Shown here: positions 24,925 to 37,430 of the stretch, piece after piece
How positions within the stretch are numbered: position 1 is the first letter of the stretch
Layout of the letters: each line of letters starts with the position of its first letter
From: Squalus acanthias
Taxonomy: Eukaryota
Reading direction: 5' to 3'
Assembly: GCA_030390025.1 (NCBI GenBank)
Contig: CM059431.1
Location: 132,682,001 to 132,746,000 of the forward strand
Length of the DNA stretch: 64,000 bases
The notes under the pieces: generated by a model
Database searches by the model: none
What the model saw: only the letters and a program-made list of their open reading frames with translations
Told to the model about the DNA's origin: nothing
Position numbers and translations under genes: made by a program

Positions 24925-27900
24925 GGAACATAGGCTCAAGGGTTTACTCCTGTTCCTATCTGCCATTCAATTAGATCATGGCTGATCTTTATCTTAGCTC
25001 CATTTACCTGTCTTAGTTCATAGCCCTTACTACCCTTGCCTAACAAAAACCTATCAATCTCTGTTTTGAAATTTTCAATTGACCTAGCCTTTTGACAGTT
25101 TTTTGGGGAGAGAGAGTTCTGGATTTCCACTACCCTTTGTGTGAAGAAATGCTTCCCGACATCACCCCTGAACTGCCTAACTCTAATTTTAAGGTTAAAC
25201 CCCTTTGTTCTGGACTCTCCCACCAGAGGAAATAGTTTCTCTCTATCTGCCCTATAAAATCCTTTAATCATCTTAAACACCTCAATTAGATCATCCCTTA
25301 ATCTTCTACACTTGAGGCAATACAAGCCTAGTCTATGCAACCTGTCCTTATAATTTAATCCTTTTAGCCTTCATATCATTCTGGTGAATCTGTGCTACAC
25401 CCCTCCAAGGCCAGTATATCCTTCCTGCGGTGTGGTGTCCAAAACTGAAAACATTACTCCAGATGGGGTCTAACCAGAGCTGTATACAACTGTAACTTAA
25501 CTTCCACCCCATTGTATTCCAGACCCTTTGAGATAAAGGCCAACATTCCATTAGCCTTTTAATTATTTTTTGTACCTGTCCACTAACTTTTAGTCATTCT
25601 GTACATGGACTTCTAAATCTCTCTGCTCCTCCACAGTTCCTAGCTTCTCACCATTTAGAAAATATTCTGATCTATCTTTCTTGGGTCCAAAGTAATTGAC
25701 CTCACACTTGCCCATATTAAACTCCACAAAACTGCCAGTTTTGCCCATTCACATAATCTATCTTTTTGCAACTTTCTGCTCCCATCTAAACTATTTACAG
25801 TGCCACCTAACTTAGTGTTATCAGCAAACTTGGAGAGATGGCTCTCTCTTCCTTTGTCTAAGTCATTTATAAATATAGTGAAAAGCTGAGGCCCCAGTAC
25901 AGATCCCTGGGGGACACCACTGGTCCCATTCTACCAGTTTGAGTACATTCCCATTATCCCTACTCTCTGTCTCCTACCTCCTAACTAATTCCCTATCCAT
26001 GTCAATAGTTTGCGTCCAATTCCATACACTCTCATTTTTGTTAACGATCCCGTGTGTGGAACCTTATTGAATGCCTTCTGGAAGCCCCCATAAATAACAT
26101 CCATAGACACTCCCTTATCTACTTCTTCAGTTACCTCCTCAAAAAAATTCAACTTGGTTTGTTGGACATGACTTATCCTTGCAAATCCATGTTAGCTAAC
26201 TAGGTTTGTTGGGCATGACTTATTCTTGCATATATGTCCAAGTGCTCAGTCACGCTGTTCCTAATAACAGATTCTGGTGATTTCTCTCCCCCCACCCCTG
26301 CCAACAGATGTTAAGACTAATAGGCCTATAATTTCCTAATATATCTCTCCTACCCTTCTTAAATAATGGAGTAGCGTTAGCAATTTTCCAATCGAAGGGC
26401 ACAATTCCTGAATCAATAGAGTTTTGGAAGATCATGACTAGAGCATCTACAAATTTCTCACCTAGTTCTTTTAATCCCCTGGGGTGGAAACCATTGAGTC
26501 CTGGTAATTTATCGTAGAATCATACAGCATAGAAGGAGGCCATTCGGCCCATCGTGCTTATGCCAGCTTTTTGAAAGAGCTACCAATTAGTGCCACTCCC
26601 TGCCTCTTTCCACATAGCCCTGCAAATTTTTCTTACTAAGTAGCGATCCAACAACAACAATTTGTATTTATATAGTGCCTTTAACATTATAAAATATCCC
26701 ACGCGATTCACAGGAGCATTATCAAACAAAATTTGACACTGAGCGACTTAAGGAAATATTAGTATAGAGGACCAAAAGCTTGGTCAAAGAGGTGGATTTT
26801 AAGGAGTGTCTTAAAGGAGGATAGAGAGTCAGAGAGGTTTAGGAAGGGAATTCCAGAGATTAGGGCCTAGGCAGCTGAAAGCACGACCACCAATGGTGGA
26901 GCGACAAAAATTGGGGATGCACAAAAGGCCAGAATTGGAGGAGCGCAGAGATCTCAGAGGGTTGTAGGGCTGAAGGAGGTTACAGTAATGGGGAGGCCAT
27001 GGAGGGATTTGAAAACAACGATGCGAATTTTAAAATTGAGTTTTGGATGAGCGCAAGTTTACCGAGGATCCAAGGTAGGAGGCTGACCATGAGAGCATTG
27101 GAGTTGTCGGATCTAGAGGTAACAGAGGCAAGAATGAGGATTTCAGCAGCAGATGAGCTGAGGCAGGGACGGAGATGGGCAATGTTACGAGGTGGAAGTA
27201 GGCGGTCTTTGACATGGAGAGGATTTGGGGTGGGAAGCTTGGCTCAGGGTCAAATAGACACCAAGGTTGCAAACTGTCTGGTTCAATCCAATTACCTTTT
27301 GAAAGTTACTATTGAATCTTCGTCCACTACCCTTTTTCAGGCAATGTATTCCAGATCATAACAATCTCACTGTGTAAAAAAATTCTCTTCATCCCCCTCC
27401 TTGCTTCTTTGCCAATTATTTTAAATCTGTGTCCTCTGGTTACCAACCCTCCTGCCATTGGAAACAGTTTCTCCCTATCTACTCTATCAAAACCGCTCAT
27501 AATTTTGAACACCTCTATTAAATCTCCCCTTAAACTTCTCTGCTCTAAGGAGAGCAATCCCAGTTTCTCTAATCTCTCCAGATAACTGAAACCCCTCATC
27601 CTTGGTACCATTCTAGTAAATCTCCTCTGCACCATCTCCAAGGCCTTGACATCCTTTGTAAAGTGTGGTGCCCAGAATTGGACACAATACTCTAGCTGAA
27701 GTCTAACCAGTGATTTATAAAGATTTAGCATAACTTCCTTGCTTTTGTACTCTATGCCTCTATTTATAAAGCCCGTATGCTTTTGAAACAGTTTTATCAA
27801 CTTGTCCTGCCACCTTTAAAGAGTTGTACATGTCTGTCTGTTCCTGTGCCCCCTTTAAAATTGTTCCATTTAGTTTATATTGCCTCTCATCATTTTTCCT

Positions 27901-28620
27901 TCCAAAATGCATCACTTCACCCTTTTACTGCATTAAATTTCATCTACCACGTGTCTGCCTATTTCACCAGTCTGTCTATGTCCTCCTGAAGTCTGCTACT
28001 ATCCCCTTCACTGTTTACTACATTTCCAAGCTTTGTGTCATCTGCAAATTTTGAAATTATGCCACCTATACCCAAGTACATGCACATTAATATATATCAA
28101 AAAGAGCAGTGGTCCTGGGGAACACCACTGTATACTTCCCTCTAGTCTGGAAAAACAGCCGTTCACTACTGCTCTGCTTTCTCTTTTGCAGCCAATTTTG
28201 TATCCACACTGCCACTGGCCCTTTAATCCCATGGGCTACAATTTTGCTAACAAGTCTATTGTGTGGCACTTTATCAAACACCTTTTGAAAGTCCCTGTAC
28301 ACAACATCAACTGCACTACCTTCATCAACCCTCAGTTATTTAGTCGAAGAACTCAATCAAGTTAGTCAGCCAGGATTTGCCTTTAACAAATCCATGTTGT
28401 CTGTCATTTATTAGCCCATGTTCTTCCAAGTGACAATTAATTTTGTCCCGGATTCTGGTCTCAATCTGTCTTTAGTCTCATTTATTTTCTCCATTACCCT
28501 TTTTTTACTGATATTAAATCTAGTAAGATCCTCCCCTTGATTTAGTTTTAGTTTTCCGCGTAACTCTGGTACTTTATCCTCTTCCTCCACTGTGAAGACT
28601 GATAGAAAGTAAGTATTTAG
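24925..28620 (-). mobile_element. CR1 LINE with a second CR1 (about 26514-28460) nested inside
   Basis: RT motifs GNYRPISL, DFQKVFDKVPH and [12 protein letters not shown]; second tail at about 26514. Confidence 0.8.
26650..27285 (-). mobile_element. L2-type LINE 3' fragment inserted in a CR1
   Basis: (caa)n end; FDPEPSF...KTAYFHL L2-like peptide; flanking atccaa duplication. Confidence 0.75.
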
Positions 28621-28622
28621 CT

Positions 28623-29671
28623 GGTGCAAAATTTGGATCCTTAGTGCCTATTTTTTGGGCGTTACAAGTACCCTTGGAGCTCCAAAATAGCGTGTGCGCA
28701 CACTTCTTGGGCAGATCGCACCATATGCCATATTGGTGAGCGCGTTGGCGAGCGCACAGTGAACATCCATCGGAAATATGTAGTGCAACACTGATTTGAC
28801 GCCAGCGCTGCCATTTTGGAACTCAACGCTCCAGCTAATGCCCTCTCTTAACCTTGCACAGCTGAACACGCGTTCAGCAGCAGGATGGGCCCCTCACCAG
28901 CACTATTTAAAGGGATCATCAATTACTTGCAGGTTAGTTGCTGTTGATTTCTTCTGGCTGTTGGTATGCTTCTAGAAGTGTTTGGTGCTTTCTATAGTTG
29001 TTTAAAGTTGCCAAAGTCTACAGGGAGTGATGTGGCAGGAGCTGAAGGACTTTTTCCTGACTTTTCGAGGCTTCTGCACAAACCACTTGCTGCCAGACAT
29101 GTCTCCACTAGTAGGAATTCCCTTTGGAATACAGCATGACTTGCAGAATGAGCAGAGGCCATGCAAAGCAGGACAAGCTGCTGGAAGAGGGAGGCGGTTA
29201 AGGTGCACCTCTTGGGTATCTAAAAGGAAAAAGGCACTGGATGCGTTGTTAGAGCACACCATTGGTGTGCTGAATCATCCATCCTTCTTTCCACCAAGGG
29301 CTCCAGTGCATCTTGGAGCCCGTGCTCTCCCATGTTGTGCCATTCCTGACTATTTCCCAGGTCAGATTCAGTTGTAGAACGACTTCCAGCAACTGCTCCA
29401 GCCACAATGCACCTCCCCTTTAAGAGGTGCAAGATAGCTTTAAGTAGTGCAGGCTAGCTTTAACGGACGCTAGCCTCTCACGATTTTGGGCCCCCTGCTG
29501 ATGCGTGCAACCAATTAACAGCGCGGTTAGCGCTGGCTGTACGCAAAAATCATTATTTTGAGCAGGCAGCACAAAGTAGGCGTGCTGCCTGCATTTCAAT
29601 TAACGGACGTGGATTAATCGTGCATTGCGATCCCTGCGCCCTTTTTCAGGGGCTATCCAATTTAGCCACCC
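28623..29671. mobile_element. Internally deleted Harbinger derivative
   Basis: Degenerate TIR GGTGCAAAATTTGGAT / ATCCAATTTAGCCACC. The + strand has a transposase-like start and LEHTIGVL; the - strand has MAQHGRARAPR, like the Myb gene start at 35941. Confidence 0.6.
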
Positions 29672-29771
29672 AAGTGACCTTTGAACAAGCTATAAACAGC
29701 AATATTTTTATAAACTTAATTATGAAGAAAACAGATTAATGTTAATTTTCAATAGTTTCACCAAAGCCATT

Positions 29772-30536
29772 GGCCCGAAAATTAAACCTAATACGCGAGA
29801 GTACGCACTGTGTACTCTCGCGTATTAGGTCCCGAATTGCCGGTTTCCTGCATGCACTGCGCATGCGTGGGAAACCGGCACTTCGTGAATTGCAAAGGGG
29901 GCAGTTCCTAAGTGAACCGCGTGCACGCTACAGGTTGTGCGCACGCAGTGCACTTAGTTTTTTTTTCAGGTTTGAATGCGCAGGTAAGTGGTGAAGATTT
30001 TACACATAAAGAAAGCAGGCGTAGGACCCCCTTTTAACAAGGTAAGTAGTTAATTAAGTGTTATTTTAAAATTTTTTCAACAGGTTTATCTTTTTTAGAG
30101 ACTTTAAAGAAAGGTAAGTTTATTTTTACAACTTTTAAAAAGATTTTAAATTTTTTCAAAAATTAAATTTTTTGTTTAAAGTGGTTAATTTATTTAACTA
30201 TACTTATTTTATTAATGTGATGGCTTTTTTTTTAAATTTAATTGAGGTTTAGCTGTTCTTTTGGGGGTTTGTAGTATTCATAGCTTTGACAGCCCTTGCT
30301 GTCAAAACTATGAATGAAAGATGGTGTGCTGCCATTGGCTCTAACTGAATCACGTGATCCCAGAGCTCGCACGAACTAATTGCGCCTCTGGGATACGCAA
30401 GCACTGCACGGTTGCAACAGGGAGAGGCTCTGAAACTAAAGTTCGTGTGGGCCCCAAACAAAAAGGTAGGCGCGGAGTGCGATATCGCGGGGAATCCTTA
30501 CCCCCGCGGGAACCATCGATGTTTAATTTCTGGGCC
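29772..30536. mobile_element. Harbinger-type MITE (765 bp) with internal hairpins
   Basis: TIR GGCCCGAAAATTAAAC / GTTTAATTTCTGGGCC; flanks att/aat; CpG-rich ends and an AT-rich middle. Confidence 0.8.
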
Positions 30537-31529
30537 AATATATTCCAGCAGAGTGTTTTACCTGCAGTTCTGTGTATGCAATACATGTGATCAAAGAACT
30601 GAAGTCTGTAAAACCCCTGCATGAGTTTGGGCATTCTCAGCCCCGTGCATATTGGTTCCTCAGAACAAACTGCATCTAGGCACTTCTACATTAGAGGGCA
30701 GCTGATGCCAAACTTGTGGTTGTCCGAGCATCAGGTGCACTAAATCAGCCATCACTGTTCCAAAGGCAGTCGGGACCCACTTTTATGTAGGTGATAGATC
30801 TCCATTTAAAATTGCAGAATTTCTCTTCTAGCAATGGAATTTCCAGGTTTCTGGTTTCCACCAGGTCTTGAGAACTGACAGCACCAGATGAAATGGGGAG
30901 AAGGCTGCTGGTCTTCATTGAAGTACCGCTCCTTTTGCAAAAGTTTCCTTTGCAACCCTTAAGAAATATAAAAGTGCATTGTAATTCACAATTTGATACT
31001 AAATTTTCAGTCATACTGAGATGAGGCCATAAGGATGACTGGTGTAGAAAATGAAAAATAAACTGGATGCACTTGTGACATAAGGGTTAAAGTACATTAT
31101 TCAGTTTGGATTTGAGACAAAGCAGAGAAGGCACTCGCCGAGCTTACAAATGTAACATAATAGTTATAATTTAATCATCTGTTTCCCTAACAAAAGTATA
31201 GCATGGATTTTTTCATTGTGCAATTTGACCATTCTTCAGTTCATTTTTAATATATACCATCTCCCTCACCTCCTTTAAGACCCTCCTTAAAACCCACTTA
31301 TTTGACCAAGCTTTTGGTCACCTCTCCTAATATCTCATCCTTTGGCTCATTTATCCTTTATTTCTGATTACACCTCTGTGAATTCCCTTGGGACATTTTT
31401 CTACGTTAAAGGTGCAATATAAGGTTGTATATATCATATAAAATAGAAACAATCATGGATCAGATCCTTGTGGTATAGTAATTGCATTTTTAGAATAGTA
31501 AAGGATTAGGGCAACACGTAGTATTCGGA

Positions 31530-31666
31530 CAAAAGCAAAATACTGCGGATGCTGGAAATCTGAAATAAAAACAGAACATGCTGGAAATACTCAGCAGGTC
31601 AGGCAGCATCTGTGGAGGGAAAAACAGATGCTGCCAGAATTTCCAGCATTTTCTGATTTTATTACA
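31530..31666. mobile_element. Fold-back insert of inverted Penelope terminal-repeat fragments
   Basis: atgctggaaat...ggcagcatctgt / acagatgctgcc...atttccagcat; flanked by a perfect TAGTATTCGGA duplication (31519-31529, 31667-31677). Confidence 0.8.
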
Positions 31667-32018
31667 TAGTATTCGGAAGTGGATTTACAACTGTGATTCT
31701 CTACACATTGGCCAAATCCTAGCCACAGCTTATTAAGAGACGTCAGTTAGCACCAAATCCTACTGCACAAGGAGGAGTTGAAAATCTGAGGATAGTCACC
31801 TCTGGACTGTGCTTGAAATCTCCTAGTGGCCAATTATAGAGCAATGTGTGACAGAAGGAAAGGGGAAAAAATATGAATTATGAATTGGTTTAAAATACTA
31901 TAATTAATTGGTACAGTGTACACTTTTGTTGAGAGAAAATTGAATTCCACAACAGTACTTCCTGTGTATGGTATTGTTCAAAAAGAAAAAATATTGATTG
32001 TTTTTTTTTGTGTTTCAG

Positions 32019-32237
32019 TTTCATTGGACGACGTAGAAAACAATCAAACTATTTCCCAGTTTCTGCACACTCAGGCTTGGTACATTGTGTATGCAGATAA
32101 GTACACCTGTCCAGAAAATGAGGAAGAGAGAAGGGGTAGTGAAGGCTTTGCTGCAAAGACTATCAAGTTTAAACTTATGTTACTTAACCCAGACGCAGCT
32201 AACAATCCAATGGATCACTTCAGTGCAGAGGAGTCTG
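32019..32237 (+). CDS. GPR180: GPR180 coding exon 3 (219 nt, phase 1 to 1)
   Basis: Acceptor tgtttcag|TT, donor TCTG|gtaagt. Translates ISLDDVENNQTISQFLHTQAWYIVYADKYTCPENEEERRGSEGFAAKTIKFKLMLLNPDAANNPMDHFSAEESG, with the GPR180 motifs YADKYTC and LLNPD..NP.DHFSA.ESG. Confidence 0.95.
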
Positions 32238-32859
32238 GTAAGTATTTGTGGCTTCCTGCTTTTGAACTATATTCTCTGCTATACTAAGAATCTCAGGCCT
32301 CTGCCAGTACTGTTATGAAATTGATCCCTGGGACATGGATGAGAACATTCAGGGTGACCCTTCACCCAAATTTCATTTTATTGCCCTGTGTGAAAGCACA
32401 AAAGGATGGCTGAGATCAGGAACTCTGTTATGGGAGAATCAAGGACACAAGCCCATGCTCCATCAGTCTGTGCTGGTACTGCACAATTAAACATGGTACT
32501 TCTCTTTTAATAAAAGAGACTAGTAGATCTCCTGTGATGTTGCTCACTGGCAGTTTGAAACGTGGAGGGCAGTCTTCTGTCGATGTCACCTGTACCGAGC
32601 TGATCTCTAATGAAGTTCTTGCACTTGTCTCAATAGCTTTGTTTTATCCATCAGGGACTAAGAGCAATCGAACGGGCTTTGGGCTGATTGAGGTCAGATT
32701 GGTCCTGCTGGAACACTTTAGGGTTTCTGGAATCCAAACATTTGCCTTAATTGGTAGCACTGTCACATTTGAGTCAAAAGGTTGTGGATTCAAAACCCGC
32801 TCCCAAGACTTCCATAATCTTGTCTGACACTTCAGCGCATTACAGAGCCAAAAGAAAAG

Positions 32860-33295
32860 AACATACTTGCATTTATATCGCGTCAATCATGACCCTCGGA
32901 TGTCCCAAAACGCTTTACAACTAATGAGATACTTTTGAAGTGTAGTCACTGTTGTAATGTAGGAAATATGGCAGCCAATTTGTGCACAGCAAAGTCCCAC
33001 AAACAGCAATGACATAATGACCAGGTAATTTTTTTTTAGTGATGTTGATTGAGGGATAAATATTGGCCAGGACACAGGGGAGAACTCCCTTGCTCTTCTT
33101 CGAAAGTGCCATGGGATCTTTTCCATTCATCTGAGAAGATGGACTTGATTTAACATTTCATCCAAAAGCACCTCCAACAGTGCAGGACTCCCATAGTACT
33201 GCACTGAAGTGTCGACCTAAATTGTGCTAAAGTCTCTGGAGTGGAACTTGAACACTCAACCTTCTGACTAAGGCGAGAATGTTACTACCAAGCCA
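32860..33295 (-). mobile_element. Near full-length tRNA-derived Deu-domain SINE (SacSINE1/AmnSINE1-like), facing a second SINE head at about 32740-32850 (+)
   Basis: Minus strand: B-box gtgttcaagttcc; aaagatcccatggcact...gggagttctcccctgtgtcctggccaatattt; gctgtgcacaaattggctgcc; L2-like tail tgtaaagcgttttgggac...atataaatgcaagt. Confidence 0.78.
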
Positions 33296-33356
33296 AGGCT
33301 GATACCTGTGGCAGTGTTGCATATTCGGTGGCACTGCTCTTCACATAAGACATAAA

Positions 33357-36300
33357 GGCCCAGAAATTGGGATACTTGCTGCCACCCGTTATCACTGGAA
33401 TCCTGGCGAAAAATGGCGGCCGCCACTCTAATGCCCTTCTCTGGCGCGGGACTCAGCGGCCGCCATTTGCAGCGCTGGCCCTGCAGATGCAAATAACGAG
33501 AGCATGACATCAGTCGGCGTGCACTTAACGTCACGCTCTGCGAACTTTGACTTTAGCGCTGGTTCCTCAGCTTGCTCTGAAAGGGACACACACATCTTTA
33601 AGGTAAGTTTGCATTTAAGCTTTAAGACTGGATTTTTTATTATTTTATTGAAGTAGTGGCTTGGTGTTAAAAGTTGAAAGGTTTTTAAGTGTGTAGGGAG
33701 TGCTGCTGGATGCTTGCAAGGCCTCGGATGGTAAATGAAGGCCTCTGAGAAGACAGAAAATGCTGGAAATACTCCGCAGGTCAGGCAGCATCCGTTTAGA
33801 GAGAAATAGAGTTCACGTCTCAGGTCGAGATGCTGCCCGATCTGCTGAGTATTTCCAGCATTTTATGCTTTTATTTCAGATTTACAGCATCCGCTCACAG
33901 AGGGAAGAGGAAGATGCAGAAGGAAGGATGCAACTCAGACAGCCCCTTTGTGGCTGGGATATCTGGGATGGAATCATCCGCCTGCAGTACCAGTGACCAC
34001 AACCCCAATTCCCCTTTCAACCTTTGTTCCACACATTAACCTTCCCTCTGTTACTGACCATCACAGCGTCCTCTTGGCCACAATGCTGAAATAAAAGCCA
34101 CCACAAAGCAAACTTTCCAATCCAACTTTATACACCTATCAATCCAATGTGACATCAAGAAATCAACTCACCACCCTTATGCATTCCCTTAGTTGACTGT
34201 CTTATGTGTGCCTTTGCCTATCCTACTGATGTCACGCAGTGCTACCCCAGTGGCTGCAGCATGGTTGGTGGAAGGCTGCTGACGTTCAGTGGGTGACAGT
34301 GCAAATGGCCTTGCAGGTCGACCTTGAGGAGCTGGTGGCTGGGAGTGTGAAAGCAAGTGACGTTGTTTCTTCTTTTCCTCCTTCCACCACTGGCTGGGCA
34401 GGCTGCATTTCTTGGGTGTGTGAAATGAGGAAGGCACAAGGGTGGTGTGGTGAGGAGAGGGCAGGAAAGCAAGAGCTGCATGCGAGAAGGAGGATAACGT
34501 ATGAGGATACCAGCATCTTGTATCCTTTCAGCCCCACTGCTGGCCAAGGGCTCAGCCATGCCCCTGCCAAGGCTGGCCAGCACCGTCTCCTCCAAGGGCG
34601 TGAGGTGAAGCTAAAAATGGGAGGTGTGCCTCGTGTTTGGTACAGATTGTTGGTAGGTGAGTGACTAGTGATGTCCCGCAGGGATCTGTGTTGGGGTCTC
34701 AACTAGTCACAGTATTTATTAGCGACTTAGATGATGGCATAGAAAGTCATATATCCAAATTTGCCGATGACACAAAGATAGGCGGCATTGTAGGCAGTGT
34801 GGATGAAAGTATACAATTACAAAGGGATATCGATAGATTAAGTGAATGGGCAAAACTGTGGATTTCAATGTAGGCAAGTGTGAGGTCATCCACTATGGAC
34901 CTAAAAAGGATAGAACAGAGTACTTTCTAAATGGTGAAAAGCTAAAAACAGTGGAGGTCCAAAGAGACTTGGGGGTCCAGGTACATAGATCATTAAAATG
35001 TCATGAACAGGTACAGAAAATAATCAAAAAGGCTGATGGAATGCCGGCCTTTATATCTAGAGGATTAGAATACAAGGGGGTAGAAGTTATGCTGCACCAC
35101 ACCTTAGTAAGGATATATTGACATTGGAGGGAGTGCAGCGTACGTTTACCAGAATGATACCCGCACTCCAAGGGTTAAATTACGAGGAGAGATTACACAA
35201 ATTAGGGTTGTATTCCCGAGAATTTAGAAGGTTAAGGGGTGATCTGATCAAAGTTTTCAAGATATTAAGGGGAACAGATAGGGTAGATAGAGAGAAACTA
35301 TTTCCAGTGGTTGAGCTGAGGACTAGGGGGCATAGTCTAAAAATTAGAGCCAGACCTTTCAGGACTGAAATTAGGAAACACTTCAACACACAAAGGGTGG
35401 TAGAAGTTTGGAACTATCTTCCGCAAACGGCAATTGATGCTAGATCAATTGTTAATTTTAAATCTGAGATTGACAGCTTTCTGTTAACCAGAGGTATTAA
35501 GGGATATGGACCAAAGGCGGGTATGTGGAGTTCGGTCATAGATCAGCCATGATCTCATTTAATGGCGGAACAGGCTCGAGGGGCTGAATGGCCTACTTCT
35601 GTTCCTATATGTGAGTGATGGGGGGTGGGGGGAGGGGGTTCGTGCATTGAGCAGTGTGTGAGGCTAGTGGTGCAGTTGGTAGGAGACAGCTTTTGAAAAT
35701 GCATTCATTGACCTTGACCACTGGTCTGAGGTCATGAAGCATCTTTTGGCACTGGAGCCAGGTCGTGGGGGTCGACACTACTGGCAGTGACTGCCTCGGT
35801 GATCTGGTCCCACATCTTTCTTTCTGGAGGGCCTCCTGGCCCCTGTGGGTAGAGGACCTCTCTTGCAGTGTTGACCCCTGCACAAAGCTGGAGTGCTGCG
35901 TGCGGGACCCTGGGTACGCCTTCCCTAGCTTGCTGAGCCATTTGTGTTAGTGCTGAAGCACTTTTACCATTTTTTTAGGTGCAGAAGGCAATTCAGCTTT
36001 AAGAGCTGAAGACTCTCATGTGGGAATTCTTTTTTAATGTTAATTTTTTTCAGAAGGCAGTTGAGCTGTAAGGGCTAAAAACTGCCTATTTTTACATGAT
36101 TTTAATTTTTTTCATTTCAGAAGGCAGTTCCCCTTTAAAGGACTGAACTGCTTTCTGAAATGACAGCCTACTTTCAGAGCAGGCTGTTCTTGCTGCAATG
36201 ACGTTACGGCCACGCTACATTGGAGCCACCTGCCGGGACTAACGCCACCAGAACAGCGTTGCGCAGTAAATTTAGCGCTGGGATAATGTTAATTAGCCAC

Positions 36301-36404
36301 CAGCACCAATTTACCGGTCCTGCCAGCACCATCATTTTCGCTGGCCGTTAACACTGGCCCACGGTGGCACCAGCAGTTTTTTAACAATATCGAATCTCTA
36401 GGCC
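33357..36404. mobile_element. Harbinger derivative with a decayed Myb/SANT-like gene (-) and a transposase C-terminal remnant (+); hosts a CR1 and a Penelope fold-back
   Basis: Degenerate TIR GGCCCAGAAATTGGGATA / TATCGAATCTCTAGGCC. Minus strand from 35941: MAQQAREGVPR...REVLYPQG...RKMWDQITEAVTASS..WLQCQKMLHDL. Plus strand at about 33895-33996: EEEDAEGRMQ...WDGIIRLQYQ*. Confidence 0.72.
34620..35608 (+). mobile_element. CR1 3' fragment inside the Harbinger derivative
   Basis: [11 protein letters not shown]...SKFADDTKIGG; RLRGDLIKVFK; ttcctat tail. Confidence 0.9.
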
Positions 36405-37430
36405 ACACTGTCCACCTGTTCCACAGCTCGGGAGGATGGTAAACGTATCACTGTACTGTTCAGAGAAGAGCAGGGAGTTCTCGCGATATCCTGGCCAACA
36501 CTCTTTCCTGAATCAACACCACCAACAAACAGATGAACGTTGGCTGCCTGTCCCACTTAAAAACAAGAACTGCATTTCAAAATTAATTCATTCTACGTGA
36601 AGCACTCTGAGAGACATGATAAGGCATTATATAAATGCAAGTTCTAAAGAAATACCAGAGCATGTGTCTATGTAGCTTGTCACATAGCCTCGACGCAGCG
36701 AGTAAATTACTTTTGGAGTGCATTGTAGGCAAACCAGCAACTTTCCAGCCCAGCAGCATCCCACAAACAGCAATGAGATATATCGCTGGTGCTACTTGTT
36801 GAGAAAGAGGAATTTGGCTGGGACACTGAAATATTTCCAGTGTGGTTCGACTAGTCAGGTTGCAGACAGTGCGGGACTCTCCCTGACTTGAAGTTAATGA
36901 TGCGTTGCAGCGCCAATGATGTCATCGGGCTGTGACTTTTGAATATTAAGTAGGCTGACGCCTGCCTTTAGCAGGAGCCTCGTCGATGGCATGATTCACC
37001 GTCAGAAAATTTACGGCAGCCAGGAACGCGCCGGGTTAATAGAATTTTCACATTTTAACCCCTCCCACGCACCCTTCTCACTGGGTGAGGGGGTTTAAAA
37101 TACCAGCCTCTCTGTCTGGTCTTGGAGGCTGACATGCCAAGCCATGCGAAAAGGTTGTGTAAGTGTTTGTCTGTCTCTCTCTCGCTATTTCTCCCCGTTC
37201 TCTCTTTCTCTCCCATGCTCTCTTTCTCATTCTCACTTTGTGTTTCTCACTCTTTTTACTGTTACTCTCACTTTTTTCTTTCTGTTCTTTCTTTGTTACT
37301 CTCCCCTTTCTATTACTGGCCCTTTTTCTCTGTTACATTCTCACCACTCCTGCTGGTGCAATCTCTGACAACAGGATAAGATTGAGAGGTCGCACAACAC
37401 CAGGTTATAGTCCAACAGTTTTATTTGAAA

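Noticed and set aside
32740..32850. tRNA gene
   Set aside because: A/B-box-like motifs run straight into SINE body sequence and no cloverleaf forms; it is a SINE head.
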